Under the pieces are notes generated by a model, which ran no database searches, was not told the DNA's origin, and saw only the letters and a program-made list of their open reading frames with translations. A DNA stretch of 59,301 nt from an uncultured Gammaproteobacteria bacterium (GTDB lineage: Bacteria; Patescibacteriota; Microgenomatia; Woykebacterales; RBG-16-39-9b). How positions within the stretch are numbered: the stretch's first letter is position 1; every line of letters starts with the position of its first letter. The position numbers and the translations under genes were made by a program. Shown one piece after another: positions 10,735 through 19,564 of this stretch. Where the stretch lies: positions 1 to 59,301 of the forward strand of contig CAYGGA010000004.1 in assembly GCA_964349395.1 (NCBI GenBank), in the 5' to 3' direction.

Positions 10735-10773
10735 GGAGGTGTTTATTTGCCTAAACAGCAACTAAACACCTCC
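10735..10773 (+). terminator. Hairpin GGAGGTGTTTA...TAAACACCTCC
   Basis: 11-bp perfect inverted repeat after the small ORF, preceded by a second hairpin TTTCTTAG/CTAAGAAA; no clear U-tract. Confidence 0.45.
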
Positions 10774-10788
10774 CGAATCTTTCAAATT

Positions 10789-10863
10789 AATCTTCAGCAA
10801 TCTGCTTGAAGGCTAGAAAAACTTGGTGAAAGCCAGGTCCTTTCAGGCAGATTCTTGGAGGTT
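10789..10863 (+). ncRNA. Candidate structured RNA or leader: long stem, asymmetric internal loop, GAAA-capped hairpin
   Basis: AATCTTCAG/TTGGAGGTT and AATCTGCTTGAAGG/CCTTTCAGGCAGATT stems enclose CTTGGT-GAAA-GCCAGG; several G-U pairs favour the + strand. Confidence 0.45.
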
Positions 10864-10908
10864 AAATCCTTTCAAGAACAACCAAATAAACCAATTGGAG
10901 GAGATCTC

Positions 10909-11157
10909 GTGTCCACAACATTCATGGCTGAAGTCGGACGGTTGGTAGAGCTCTTCGAGCAGTACCCGCCGGAGGACCCAACGCTGAGCATCGACCAGAG
11001 CGAGAAGTACATTGAGTACTTCACGCATCAACCGCCCTGTCCCGAGAACCAGTCTCCATGGCTGCGCCTCGAACGCCTGATCGCCCTCCGCAACAAGACA
11101 ACGAGCGGCGGCAACGAGCGGTACGAAGGCAACAACTGGTGGTATCCCGGCCGTTAA
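10909..11157 (+). CDS. Small orphan protein (82 aa)
   Basis: GGAGGAG SD before GTG at 10909; GC3-rich codons unlike host genes. Confidence 0.65.
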   Translation: MSTTFMAEVGRLVELFEQYPPEDPTLSIDQSEKYIEYFTHQPPCPENQSPWLRLERLIALRNKTTSGGNERYEGNNWWYPGR

Positions 11158-11179
11158 CCCGAGAAACCGTCTATACCCA

Positions 11180-11218
11180 GGGGAAGTCTGTTTGACAGCA
11201 ATGTTCAACAGCTTCCCC
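11180..11218 (+). terminator. Hairpin with GCAA tetraloop
   Basis: GGGGAAG-T-CTG...GCAA...CAG-CTTCCCC directly after the ORF. Confidence 0.5.
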
Positions 11219-11223
11219 GCTAC

Positions 11224-11252
11224 TTTACCTTTAGGAAACTATTCACTAAAAT
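11224..11252 (+). promoter_or_regulatory. Putative sigma70 promoter
   Basis: TTTACC-17 nt-TAAAAT upstream of the 62-aa ORF. Confidence 0.45.
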
Positions 11253-11305
11253 GTGGCTAGTTTCTTGAGGGCAAAGCTCTTAAGAGTTTACTAAAGGAGA
11301 AGAAC

Positions 11306-11494
11306 TTGACCAGAATCAAATCCTGGTTACAGCGGGTTGGGGAGTGGTTCAAACCGCCTGCAGACATGAAGAAGTGGCGGATCAGGACCGACCCTTTCCA
11401 TCCCTTCCATCGACTCATCCCAAAGGACCATGAGGAGCTGGAAAGCCTTCATGTGAAGCACCGCCCAGATACCTACCCACCCGAGAAGGAGTAG
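11306..11494 (+). CDS. Small orphan His/Pro-rich protein (62 aa)
   Basis: AAAGGAG SD before TTG; GC3-rich codons. Confidence 0.6.
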   Translation: MTRIKSWLQRVGEWFKPPADMKKWRIRTDPFHPFHRLIPKDHEELESLHVKHRPDTYPPEKE

Positions 11495-11505
11495 TTGTCA
11501 CCACC

Positions 11506-11542
11506 GGAGGTTTGTTTACAACCTAGTTGTAGATAGGCCTCC
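11506..11542. terminator. G-U-rich 17-bp hairpin between convergent genes
   Basis: GGAGGTTTGTTTACAAC-CTA-GTTGTAGATAGGCCTCC pairs fully when G-U is allowed on the + strand. Confidence 0.6.
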
Positions 11543-11552
11543 AAAATTTTGC

Positions 11553-12440
11553 TCAGAAGGCACGATTGGCTAGCTGGAAAAGTGGACTCAATATTGGGTT
11601 GTAGACTTTTGTAAATGTCCCTACAGAGGTGAGAGTTTCCCCTCTAAACCCCTTTTTAAAATGACTAAATCCTTCCCAACTAGCAGTACTAGGAATTCTA
11701 CTATCTACAACCCCTTCTAAATCCAAGAATTTATACCCTCTTTTTTTAGAATCTTTTATTATCTCCCAAATCAAAGTGTAAGGAGCCAGGAATTCTCTTT
11801 TTTGTGCACTAGACCCAGCATAAAGATAATAGGCAGTTTTATCCCAATAGTAGACCATGGCGGTGGCCAGTGGGTCTTTGTCCAAGTAGGCTATAAAAAT
11901 CTGGGCCTTGTCCTTTTTGGAAAAAATTTCCCATCTTCTAGTTATATTTTTTTCTCCTTCAGTCCAAAATTTATTTCTCTTCGCAGTGGTCAGATAGAGT
12001 GGGTAAAAAGTATCAAAATCTTTACCTACCTCGACTCTCAAACCCGTTTTTTCTCCAAAACGGATGCTATAGCGAGTATCCTTTTCAAACCCCTTTAAAG
12101 TGTCTTCCAAGGGCTTAGAGAGGTCAATGCAGATAGTTTTAGTGGGGGCTAATGCCCATTTATCAGCGACAAAGCCACTCTTTTTAATATCTGGCAAAAT
12201 ATCATCCCCCACTGAAAAATCTGGCTCTAATTTGGCAAATAGGGAATTTTTCTCTTTAAAAAATTGGTTCGCTTGCTCAATATCTAAAGTACTATTAAAT
12301 CTTAAAATTTTGCTCAGGTGAATACCAAAAGTAGAAAAAGTGTAGGCATAGTGGTTTTGGTGTCTGTCTACTGCCCATCCCAAAGATTCCATATATTCAG
12401 CCCACAAGTCAGATTGTCGTAAGTCAGTATTAAGTAGCAT
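11553..12440 (-). CDS. FemABX-family peptidoglycan interpeptide bridge transferase
   Basis: QSDLWAEY...GW start, TRYSIR, YYLYAGS, WEIIKDSKKRGYKFLDLEG, FKKGFRG. Confidence 0.85.
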   Translation of the reverse strand: MLLNTDLRQSDLWAEYMESLGWAVDRHQNHYAYTFSTFGIHLSKILRFNSTLDIEQANQFFKEKNSLFAKLEPDFSVGDDILPDIKKSGFVADKWALAPTKTICIDLSKPLEDTLKGFEKDTRYSIRFGEKTGLRVEVGKDFDTFYPLYLTTAKRNKFWTEGEKNITRRWEIFSKKDKAQIFIAYLDKDPLATAMVYYWDKTAYYLYAGSSAQKREFLAPYTLIWEIIKDSKKRGYKFLDLEGVVDSRIPSTASWEGFSHFKKGFRGETLTSVGTFTKVYNPILSPLFQLANRAF

Positions 12441-12475
12441 GTATTAAGTATTATGCATTGGGTTGTTCCCAACAA

Positions 12476-14311
12476 CTACAAATGCAGAGGAATCAGGAGG
12501 TCTTCGGGTATGTCGGTGATGAATCTGGACACAATACCTGGAGTTCTGGTACCAAAATAAAGTCGTTCACGAGTATAAGTTAAAAAGAGTTGATCTTTGG
12601 CTCTGGTTATCCCGACGTAGGCTAAACGACGCTCTTCTTCTAGCTCTTGCAGATCCATCAGGGCCCGAGAGTGAGGGAAAAGCCCTTCTTCCATCCCCAC
12701 CATAAAAACAATGGGAAATTCCAGACCTTTGGCTGCGTGCATGGTCATGAGAGTGACTGCTTCGCCCCCTTCTTTAGAGGATTTATACTCACTTTCTACC
12801 AAGGCGACATTTTCCAAAAAATCAGTCAAGGCAGGGAATTCTGCGGCCACACTCCGCAGTTCCTTCACATTTTCAATTCTAGACAATCCTTCTGGAGTAC
12901 CATCATCTAAAAACCTTAAGTATTGGGTGGAAGCTAAAACTAGATCAATAGTTTCTAAAGAATTTAAACTCTCGGCTTTCAACCGGTGTGATTCCAAAAG
13001 TTCATGAAAAGCAGCAACTTTTGGATTGGACTTTTCCAAAAGAGCCGCCGGACCAATCCCGCGAGGGGGTACGTTGATAACTCTTTTGATCGAAACAGTG
13101 TCTTCTGGATTTACAATCAGTCGGAGGTAGGAAAGAATGTCTTTAATTTCCTTGCGGTCATAAAATCTCGTACCCCCAATCAAAGTATAAGGAATACCTT
13201 CCTGTAAAAAATGTTCCTCCAAAACTCGGGACTGAGCATTGGTGCGATACAAAACTGCAAAGTCTTTTAAAGAGTATTTTTCCGTGCTATTGAATTTAGT
13301 AATCATTTTTAAGATAAAGTCGGATTCATCAGTTTCATTTTTAGCCTCATAGACTACCACGGGAACACCCTCATCATTACTCGTCCACAGTTTCAAAATC
13401 GGGTGCGTTTTATTCATCGAGATTACAGCTTGGGCCGTATTTAGAATTGTTTTGGTAGACCGGTAGTTTTGCTCGAGATTAAAGATCTTCGCCTTTGGGA
13501 AATCTTTTTCAAAATTTAAAATATTTCTAAAATCCGCCCCGCGCCAGCCGTAGATGGCTTGGGAAGCATCCCCGACTACAAAAAGATTTTGGTGACCACC
13601 CGAGACTAGTTGGGCAAAAAGGTATTGAGCGTGGTTGGTGTCTTGGTACTCGTCAATGGCCACATACTCAAATTGGATTTGGTATTTTTCCAAGACTTCT
13701 TTTCTTTCCTGAAAAAGGTGGATGGTTTCTAGCAGCAAATCATCAAAATCCAAAGCCTGATTTTTCCGCAGTTGTTTTTGGTACTCGGCATATACCTGCG
13801 AGGCTGTCTCCTGAAAAATTCCTCTGGCTAGTTTAGAGTACTCCGCCGGACCTAAAAGCTCATTTTTAGCACTACCAATAGTGCCTAAGATGGCCCCCGG
13901 TGAGAAATTTTTCGGATTTATTCCCATTTCTTTCATAATATCTTTGACTAAAGACATCGAGTCTGAGGTGTCATAGATACTAAAGTTGGGTGACAGACCT
14001 ATTTGATGTCCATCACGCCTGAGTATTTTGGAGCAGATTGAGTGGAAAGTCCCAATCCAAGGAGGACGGGGAGTGTCTTTTCCCAAAAGATGGGTCAGTC
14101 TTTCTTTCATCTCACCAGCCGCCTTGTTGGTGAAGGTCAAAGCCAGGATTTTTTCCGGGCTGACTTTTTTCTCCACCACCAGATGGGCAATACGGTGGGT
14201 GATCACTCGGGTTTTACCACTCCCAGGACCAGAAAGGACTAAAACTGGACCTTGGATGCAAGCAGCAGCTTTTTGTTGTTCTGGGTTGAGCGCATCAAGA
14301 ATAGGAGCCAT
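12476..14311 (-). CDS. pcrA: UvrD/PcrA ATP-dependent DNA helicase
   Basis: GPGSGKT, TFTNKAA, DEYQDTN, QNYRST, LYRTNAQSR, TMHAAKGLEF and EEERRL motifs. Confidence 0.96.
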   Translation of the reverse strand: MAPILDALNPEQQKAAACIQGPVLVLSGPGSGKTRVITHRIAHLVVEKKVSPEKILALTFTNKAAGEMKERLTHLLGKDTPRPPWIGTFHSICSKILRRDGHQIGLSPNFSIYDTSDSMSLVKDIMKEMGINPKNFSPGAILGTIGSAKNELLGPAEYSKLARGIFQETASQVYAEYQKQLRKNQALDFDDLLLETIHLFQERKEVLEKYQIQFEYVAIDEYQDTNHAQYLFAQLVSGGHQNLFVVGDASQAIYGWRGADFRNILNFEKDFPKAKIFNLEQNYRSTKTILNTAQAVISMNKTHPILKLWTSNDEGVPVVVYEAKNETDESDFILKMITKFNSTEKYSLKDFAVLYRTNAQSRVLEEHFLQEGIPYTLIGGTRFYDRKEIKDILSYLRLIVNPEDTVSIKRVINVPPRGIGPAALLEKSNPKVAAFHELLESHRLKAESLNSLETIDLVLASTQYLRFLDDGTPEGLSRIENVKELRSVAAEFPALTDFLENVALVESEYKSSKEGGEAVTLMTMHAAKGLEFPIVFMVGMEEGLFPHSRALMDLQELEEERRLAYVGITRAKDQLFLTYTRERLYFGTRTPGIVSRFITDIPEDLLIPLHL

Positions 14312-14336
14312 GGACAATATCTTAACATTTTCTTTT

Positions 14337-14510
14337 CTACCTTTGTAACCAAAGGTAGAGCCAAAGTTCTGCCACGCTGCGTTCGCTATCTACACTATGC
14401 AAAAACCTTCGCAAACCCACTGGAATTCCTGCACTTCGTGCTAGTCAGTTCCAGCTTCCACTTGGTTTTTGCTAGTGCGATGACTCTCACTCCACAAGTG
14501 GCGATCTATC
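14337..14510. other. Multi-hairpin intergenic region between divergent pcrA and trxA
   Basis: Stems CTACCTTTG/CAAAGGTAG, CTGGAA/TTCCAG (enclosing GCAC/GTGC) and CCACTTG/CAAGTGG (enclosing AGTG/CACT). Confidence 0.4.
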
Positions 14511-14632
14511 TTATAAGAAAACAGGAGCTAGCTAGTTACTTGTGTCTTGTTAGTTGTTACCGTTTTGTTTACAATGATTATTGTCCCAATTTCCCCATTA
14601 AGTTAAAGTGTCGCGGGGCAAAGGTGAATTTT

Positions 14633-14899
14633 ATGGCAGTAGAACTCTTAGATTTTTATGCAGATTGGTGTGGCCCTTGTAAGGTCATGGATCCGATTAT
14701 CCACGAACTCACTCACGAGTGGGGTGACAAAGTCAAACTCACGCAGATTGATGTCGATAAAGAGCCAGAAAAAAGCACTACCCATGGAGTGATGAGTATT
14801 CCGACCTATATTGTCATGAAAGATGGCCAAGAAGTTGATCGGATCGTAGGTGCCGTGCCCAAACAAACTCTCAAAAATAAAATTGAATCAGCATTTTAA
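14633..14899 (+). CDS. trxA: Thioredoxin
   Basis: WCGPC active site, SIPT; ATG at 14633. Confidence 0.95.
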   Translation: MAVELLDFYADWCGPCKVMDPIIHELTHEWGDKVKLTQIDVDKEPEKSTTHGVMSIPTYIVMKDGQEVDRIVGAVPKQTLKNKIESAF

Positions 14900-14905
14900 T
14901 TGACT

Positions 14906-14998
14906 GCGGGTCCTGTCGCAGGTTATCCCACCTGAGCGTGCTCGCTCACGTTGTTCGTCTGCGCGCTGTCGGGATCCCTATCCACCTGCACCACCCGC
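14906..14998. repeat. 93-bp palindromic repeat, family 2, copy 1
   Basis: GCGGGTCCTG...CTCGCT...GGGATCC...CACCCGC; same length and ends as the copy at 53190. Confidence 0.7.
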
Positions 14999-15020
14999 TA
15001 ATTTCTAGTAGTATACTTAT

Positions 15021-16055
15021 ATGAGATTTCTTAAAGAAGCCTCAGTTACTGATAAAAAAGTCTTAGTCCGAGTTGGTTTTGATGTGCCAGTAGATAGCAC
15101 TGGTCAGATTAGTGACGACCTCAGGATTCAAGAATCCCTTCCGACTATAGAGTACCTGAGAAAAAATAACGCCAAAATTATTTTACTTTCTCACCGTGGC
15201 CGGCCTAATGGCCAACTTGACCCCGAAGACTCCCTACTGCCGGTTGCTCAGTATTTAGAATCTCTTTTGAGTGAGCCCGTGGAGTTTATCACGGAAAAAA
15301 TGGAAGAAAAAGTGAGCTACTTGATTGGGGAACTGCAAGACTCAGAAATTATAATGCTTGAAAATTTGCGCTTCCACGCAGGAGAAGAGGAAAATAGCCC
15401 TGAGTTTGCAAAGTGGCTAGCTAGCTTTGGAGAAGTATATGTTAATGATGCATTTTCTGATTGCCACCGCGCTCACAGTTCCATGGTGGGGCTACCCAAA
15501 CTTTTACCTTCCTTTGCTGGCTTAGCCCTAGAAAAAGAAGTTACTACCCTGACTACTTTAGTTAAAAACCCAATTCACCCGGTAGTGGCAATCATTGGTG
15601 GCGCCAAGCTAGAAAGTAAACTACCCGTGATCACTCATCTTTTACCGCTGGTTGATTCAATATTAATTGGCAGCAAATTTTTAGGAGAAAATCTTCCTCA
15701 ATCAGAAAAAATCATTACTCCGATTGATACTATCCAAGACAGCGCTGGTAGTCATATGGACATTGGGCCCAAAACAATTTCTATGTACACAGATATTTTA
15801 AAAGGGGCCAAAACTATTTTTTGGAGTGGTCCTTTGGGGATGTTTGAAGAAGAAAAATATTCTCAGGGAACCCAGTCTATTGCGCAATATGTGGGGGATA
15901 GTTCTGCTAAGACAATTGTCGGCGGAGGAGATACGATTGCCGCTCTGAGAAAATTTGGCCAGCTAGAAAAAATCAAATATACATCTACTGGTGGGAGTGC
16001 TATGCTTGATTTTATAGCGGGCAAGAAATTGCCTGGTCTAGAAGCGTTGGGCTAA
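15021..16055 (+). CDS. pgk: Phosphoglycerate kinase
   Basis: RVGFDVP, SHRGRP, LENLRF, NDAFS, GGAK, GGGDT and STGGSA motifs. Confidence 0.95.
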   Translation: MRFLKEASVTDKKVLVRVGFDVPVDSTGQISDDLRIQESLPTIEYLRKNNAKIILLSHRGRPNGQLDPEDSLLPVAQYLESLLSEPVEFITEKMEEKVSYLIGELQDSEIIMLENLRFHAGEEENSPEFAKWLASFGEVYVNDAFSDCHRAHSSMVGLPKLLPSFAGLALEKEVTTLTTLVKNPIHPVVAIIGGAKLESKLPVITHLLPLVDSILIGSKFLGENLPQSEKIITPIDTIQDSAGSHMDIGPKTISMYTDILKGAKTIFWSGPLGMFEEEKYSQGTQSIAQYVGDSSAKTIVGGGDTIAALRKFGQLEKIKYTSTGGSAMLDFIAGKKLPGLEALG

Positions 16056-16071
16056 AAAGAGTTAGAAGGGA

Positions 16072-16180
16072 AGTAAAAAGGCAAAACCCAAAAGGCAAAA
16101 ATGCAAGTTAAAACTTAAAAGTAAAAAATTTTGACTTTTGCATTGAAATTTTGAATTTTAATTTTTGATTTTTGAATTAA
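16072..16180. repeat. A-rich then T-rich short (6-7 nt) tandem repeats forming an imperfect hairpin
   Basis: AAAAGGC/AAAACCC-type units followed by TTTTGAC/TTTTGAA/TTTTTGA units; ATGCAAGTTAAAA pairs with TTTTGAC-TT-TTGCAT. Confidence 0.6.
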
Positions 16181-16182
16181 CT

Positions 16183-16860
16183 ATGATCCTACCTATTATT
16201 GTTGCCAATTTTAAAGCTAATCTAAATCTTAAAGAATCAGCGATGTGGTTTTCTCGGGCAGTGCCCCATTTGAAGGCCGAAACTCACGTAGAAATAGTGG
16301 TTTGTCCAACCTTTTTATCTTTGGAAACAGCCAGCAGCGCGCTGGTAGGTACTCAGCTATATTTAGGTGCTCAATCTGTGTCCCCCTTTCCTCATGGAAA
16401 ATACACTGGTGAAGTCCCTGCTGATTTGCTCAGAGGAGTAGTCCGATTTGCTATCGTGGGCCATTCGGAAAGACGAAAATACTTTGGCGAAGATAACCAT
16501 CTTGTAGCCGAAAAAGTAAAAAGACTAGAGGAAAATAAAATCAAACCGATTGTCTGTGTGGAGAATACCGATGATGCGAGTGAGCTTTCCAACCTGCTTA
16601 AAACTAGGGATTTGATAGTAGCTTATGAGCCTACTTTTGCAATTGGCACCGGCACTCCTGATACTCCCGAGAATGCCCAGAAAGTAGCCGAGGGTATCAA
16701 ACTTTACTTCGGCGAAAATACTCCAGTTTTGTATGGGGGGAGTGTAACTGCCGAAAACATCCAAACTTTTTTGGCTCAAAAAAGCATTGGGGGTGCTTTA
16801 GTAGGTGGGGCCAGCTTAAATCCAGAAGATTTCGTTGCTTTAGTTCGAGCAGCTAGTTAA
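16183..16860 (+). CDS. tpiA: Triosephosphate isomerase
   Basis: ANFK, TGEV, GHSERR, AYEP, LYGGSV and LVGGASL motifs. Confidence 0.96.
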   Translation: MILPIIVANFKANLNLKESAMWFSRAVPHLKAETHVEIVVCPTFLSLETASSALVGTQLYLGAQSVSPFPHGKYTGEVPADLLRGVVRFAIVGHSERRKYFGEDNHLVAEKVKRLEENKIKPIVCVENTDDASELSNLLKTRDLIVAYEPTFAIGTGTPDTPENAQKVAEGIKLYFGENTPVLYGGSVTAENIQTFLAQKSIGGALVGGASLNPEDFVALVRAAS

Positions 16861-16863
16861 GAG

Positions 16864-16931
16864 TGTCATTGCGAACATAGTGAAGCAATCTCAAACAGGA
16901 TTGCCACGTCACTTCGTTCCTCGCAATGACA
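16864..16931. repeat. RPE-like palindromic repeat, family 1, copy 1
   Basis: TGTCATTGCGA...GCAATCTC...GATTGCCACG...CGCAATGACA. Confidence 0.85.
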
Positions 16932-16962
16932 TTATTTTATGCTAAAATGTTGAGACCTCTTT

Positions 16963-18195
16963 ATGCAATATGTTGACCTAGGAACTCTAAAAACACCAAA
17001 AAGAAAAAGACCCAAGAAAAAAATCCTCAAAGTTATTTTTCTTTTTCTAGCTTTCTTTATGGGTGTCTATGTTTTGGCTACTCTCTTTTTACCCAGTGGC
17101 AATATTATCCGTGAAGTTTTAAATGCCCCGGGCACTGCTTTAAGTGTTTTAAATGACCCGCTTGCTCATCTCAAAAGCACTAACGGACGAACCAATATTT
17201 TGGTTTTAGGAATCGATAAAAGGAAAGATATACCCTACTCTTATAAAGGAGCTGGGGGTAAGATTTATCACAACGGCTTTTTGAGCGATACGATGCTCGT
17301 AGTGTCAATTGATCTGAAGACCAAAGATGTAGCTATGGTTTCTCTCCCTCGGGATTTGTGGGTAACTTTTGGAGGTAGCAACCACTTACAAGCTCAGTCC
17401 GGCAAAATCAACTCAGTTTACAGTACTGGAACTATGGCTGACTACCCAGGTGGGGGACTAGTTTTAGCTAAAGAAACGGTGAGCAAGTATTTGGGACTTG
17501 ATATTCATTATGGAGCGAGAGTAGATTTCGAGGCTTTTAGAAGAATGATAAATTCGGTGGGTGGGATTGATATCACTGTTGACAAAGCTTTTGAAGATTA
17601 TGAATATCCGATTGAAGGGAAAGAAGAGGCTGATTGTGGGGCTATCTCGGTTTTAAGTCCTGAAGGGACCCCAGTAGCCGTCCCTACCTACAGTTGTCGT
17701 TATACTACCCTGAAGTTTAAAACTGGAGAGACTCATATGGATGGTGAGACTGCTTTAGGGTTTGTTCGTAGTCGACATGGTACAAATGGCGAGGGGAGTG
17801 ATTTTGCGCGGGCGGCGCGGCAGCAAAAAGTCATTGTTGGGTTAAAAAACAAGGTTCTTTCGACGCAAACTTTGCTCGACCCAATAAAAATCGCCAAATT
17901 AGTGAACGATTTTGGTGATACTATCGAAACTGATTTTGATCTCGCGACCCTGCCTGGTCTTTTTAAACTTGGTAAAGAGTTTGATAATGATAAAGTCAGA
18001 ACTGCGGTGTTAAATATTGGGGAAAAAGAACTACTTTTTCACCCTGAAAATGGCCAGTACGGCGGAGCTTATGTCTTGGTCCCCAAAGACCCCACCTGGG
18101 GAGAGGTCAAACTGTACATCAAACAAGTTCTAGCAGGGTTAGCTCCCACTCCCAGTACCACTCCGACTCTTACCCCCACTAAAAAGGCCAGTTGA
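16963..18195 (+). CDS. LCP (LytR-CpsA-Psr) family protein
   Basis: N-terminal TM; NILVLGID, SDTMLVV, SLPRDL, FVRSRH and DFARAARQQ motifs. Confidence 0.92.
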   Translation: MQYVDLGTLKTPKRKRPKKKILKVIFLFLAFFMGVYVLATLFLPSGNIIREVLNAPGTALSVLNDPLAHLKSTNGRTNILVLGIDKRKDIPYSYKGAGGKIYHNGFLSDTMLVVSIDLKTKDVAMVSLPRDLWVTFGGSNHLQAQSGKINSVYSTGTMADYPGGGLVLAKETVSKYLGLDIHYGARVDFEAFRRMINSVGGIDITVDKAFEDYEYPIEGKEEADCGAISVLSPEGTPVAVPTYSCRYTTLKFKTGETHMDGETALGFVRSRHGTNGEGSDFARAARQQKVIVGLKNKVLSTQTLLDPIKIAKLVNDFGDTIETDFDLATLPGLFKLGKEFDNDKVRTAVLNIGEKELLFHPENGQYGGAYVLVPKDPTWGEVKLYIKQVLAGLAPTPSTTPTLTPTKKAS

Positions 18196-18196
18196 G

Positions 18197-18844
18197 ATGT
18201 TAACAGTTTTGCATGGCGACAATCTAATTGCTTCTTACAATCTTCTGCAGAAGTATAAAAAAGACTTTAGTGGTGAAATAGTAACTTTGGAGTCAAAATC
18301 TACTACCCCCAAAGAGTTGGAAGAAGTATTGGGCCAGAGTGCACTTTTTGACACTAGCAAACTGGTGATTTTAGAAGGCAATCCCAAAGCAAATTTGGTA
18401 GAGGCGATAAATGCCTTAGCTGCTTCTTTTGACCTGATTGTCTGGGCAGATAAAAAGATTACCACCACTCCTTTTAAAGGGAAGATTTTAGAACTTAAGG
18501 ACACCACTAATACTAATTTTAAATTTGCAGACAGTTTTACCAGTCGGGATTTGAAAAACTCCTTGCACGATCTACAAACGTTGCTAGATGAAAAAACCCC
18601 CAGCGAACTAATAGTGGGGATTTTAACTAGACAATTGAAACTTATAATGCAAGTTCTTGATGGTGAGGTAAGTAATATCAATCCTTATGTGGTGTCTAAA
18701 ATAAAAATTCATCTGAAGAAGTGGACTCCAGAAAAGGTCAAAAAGGGGTTGAAAGAATTGTTGGTGATTGATCACCATCTCAAAACTGGTAGAATAGACC
18801 CACAGTCAGCACTATTTAATTATCTGACTAAGACTCTTGTATGA
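18197..18844 (+). CDS. DNA polymerase III delta (HolA)-like, short
   Basis: LxxLHGD start, LFxxxKLVILE, C-terminal LLVIDHHLKTG collar motif. Confidence 0.7.
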   Translation: MLTVLHGDNLIASYNLLQKYKKDFSGEIVTLESKSTTPKELEEVLGQSALFDTSKLVILEGNPKANLVEAINALAASFDLIVWADKKITTTPFKGKILELKDTTNTNFKFADSFTSRDLKNSLHDLQTLLDEKTPSELIVGILTRQLKLIMQVLDGEVSNINPYVVSKIKIHLKKWTPEKVKKGLKELLVIDHHLKTGRIDPQSALFNYLTKTLV

Positions 18845-19560
18845 ATGACCCTTACCGTTACGAAAAACACTACCGTTACGATCGTTCCTTCTCTTTTAAA
18901 CCACTAATTGAGACTCTTTTTGCACGTAAAAAATCTTTAGGTGGCTTTACTTTAGTTTTGGGTGGGGTCTTTATTTTAAGTTATTTAACTTTTTACTACT
19001 CAAGTTATATTTTAGCTACCAGTGATTTGGGAACTGTTTCTCCTCTGGTGAAAGCTAAAAATGACTTTACCGACTACTCCCAAGAAGTTTTAGGAAAAAG
19101 TGTGGAAACGTCCCTAGTCTATCAAAATTTTACCTTGTCTATCCCAACTTTAAAGATTGCAGATGCCATCGTGACCACCAATGTGGTCTCTGATAAAAAA
19201 GAAGCTTATATGCCGGTGCTGGAAGAATCAATTGCTCACTATAAAGGCACTTCTTTGCCGGGACAAGAAGGGGATAGTTTTCTTTATGGTCACTCTGTCT
19301 CCCCTAGGTTTTTTAATACCAATGACTACATCACTATTTTTTCTACTCTTCACAAATTAAAAATTGGGGATCAAGTCTCAGTCAAATATGGCGATAAAGA
19401 ATTTAAATATGAAGTCGAAGAGATTGAGATTGTAGATCCTAAAGATTTAGAGGTGTTAGATAAAACTGGTGAAGGAGACAAAACCATGACCCTGATGACT
19501 TGTTCACCTCCTGGAGTACCCCTTAAAAGACTTTTAGTATCTACAAAGTTGGTTGAATAG
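18841..19560 (+). CDS. Sortase
   Basis: N-terminal TM; catalytic His (GHS), Cys (LMTC) and Arg (KRLLV). Confidence 0.92.
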   Translation: MNDPYRYEKHYRYDRSFSFKPLIETLFARKKSLGGFTLVLGGVFILSYLTFYYSSYILATSDLGTVSPLVKAKNDFTDYSQEVLGKSVETSLVYQNFTLSIPTLKIADAIVTTNVVSDKKEAYMPVLEESIAHYKGTSLPGQEGDSFLYGHSVSPRFFNTNDYITIFSTLHKLKIGDQVSVKYGDKEFKYEVEEIEIVDPKDLEVLDKTGEGDKTMTLMTCSPPGVPLKRLLVSTKLVE

Positions 19561-19564
19561 GAAA

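Noticed and set aside
10789-10863. SRP (4.5S) RNA or c-di-GMP riboswitch
   Set aside because: CAGGTCC lies after the tetraloop rather than before it, the SRP symmetric loop is missing, and GEMM consensus elements are absent.
10843-11208. 121-aa minus-strand ORF
   Set aside because: It is the antisense shadow of the SD-led, GC3-biased + strand ORF.
14320-14630. tmRNA or RNase P RNA
   Set aside because: No T-arm/CCA end and no convincing tag peptide; no GAGGAAAGUCC or other RNase P conserved regions.
14252-14632. 127-aa N-terminal extension of thioredoxin in the ORF track
   Set aside because: It overlaps pcrA on the opposite strand and has no protein-like features; ATG 14633 gives a normal thioredoxin.
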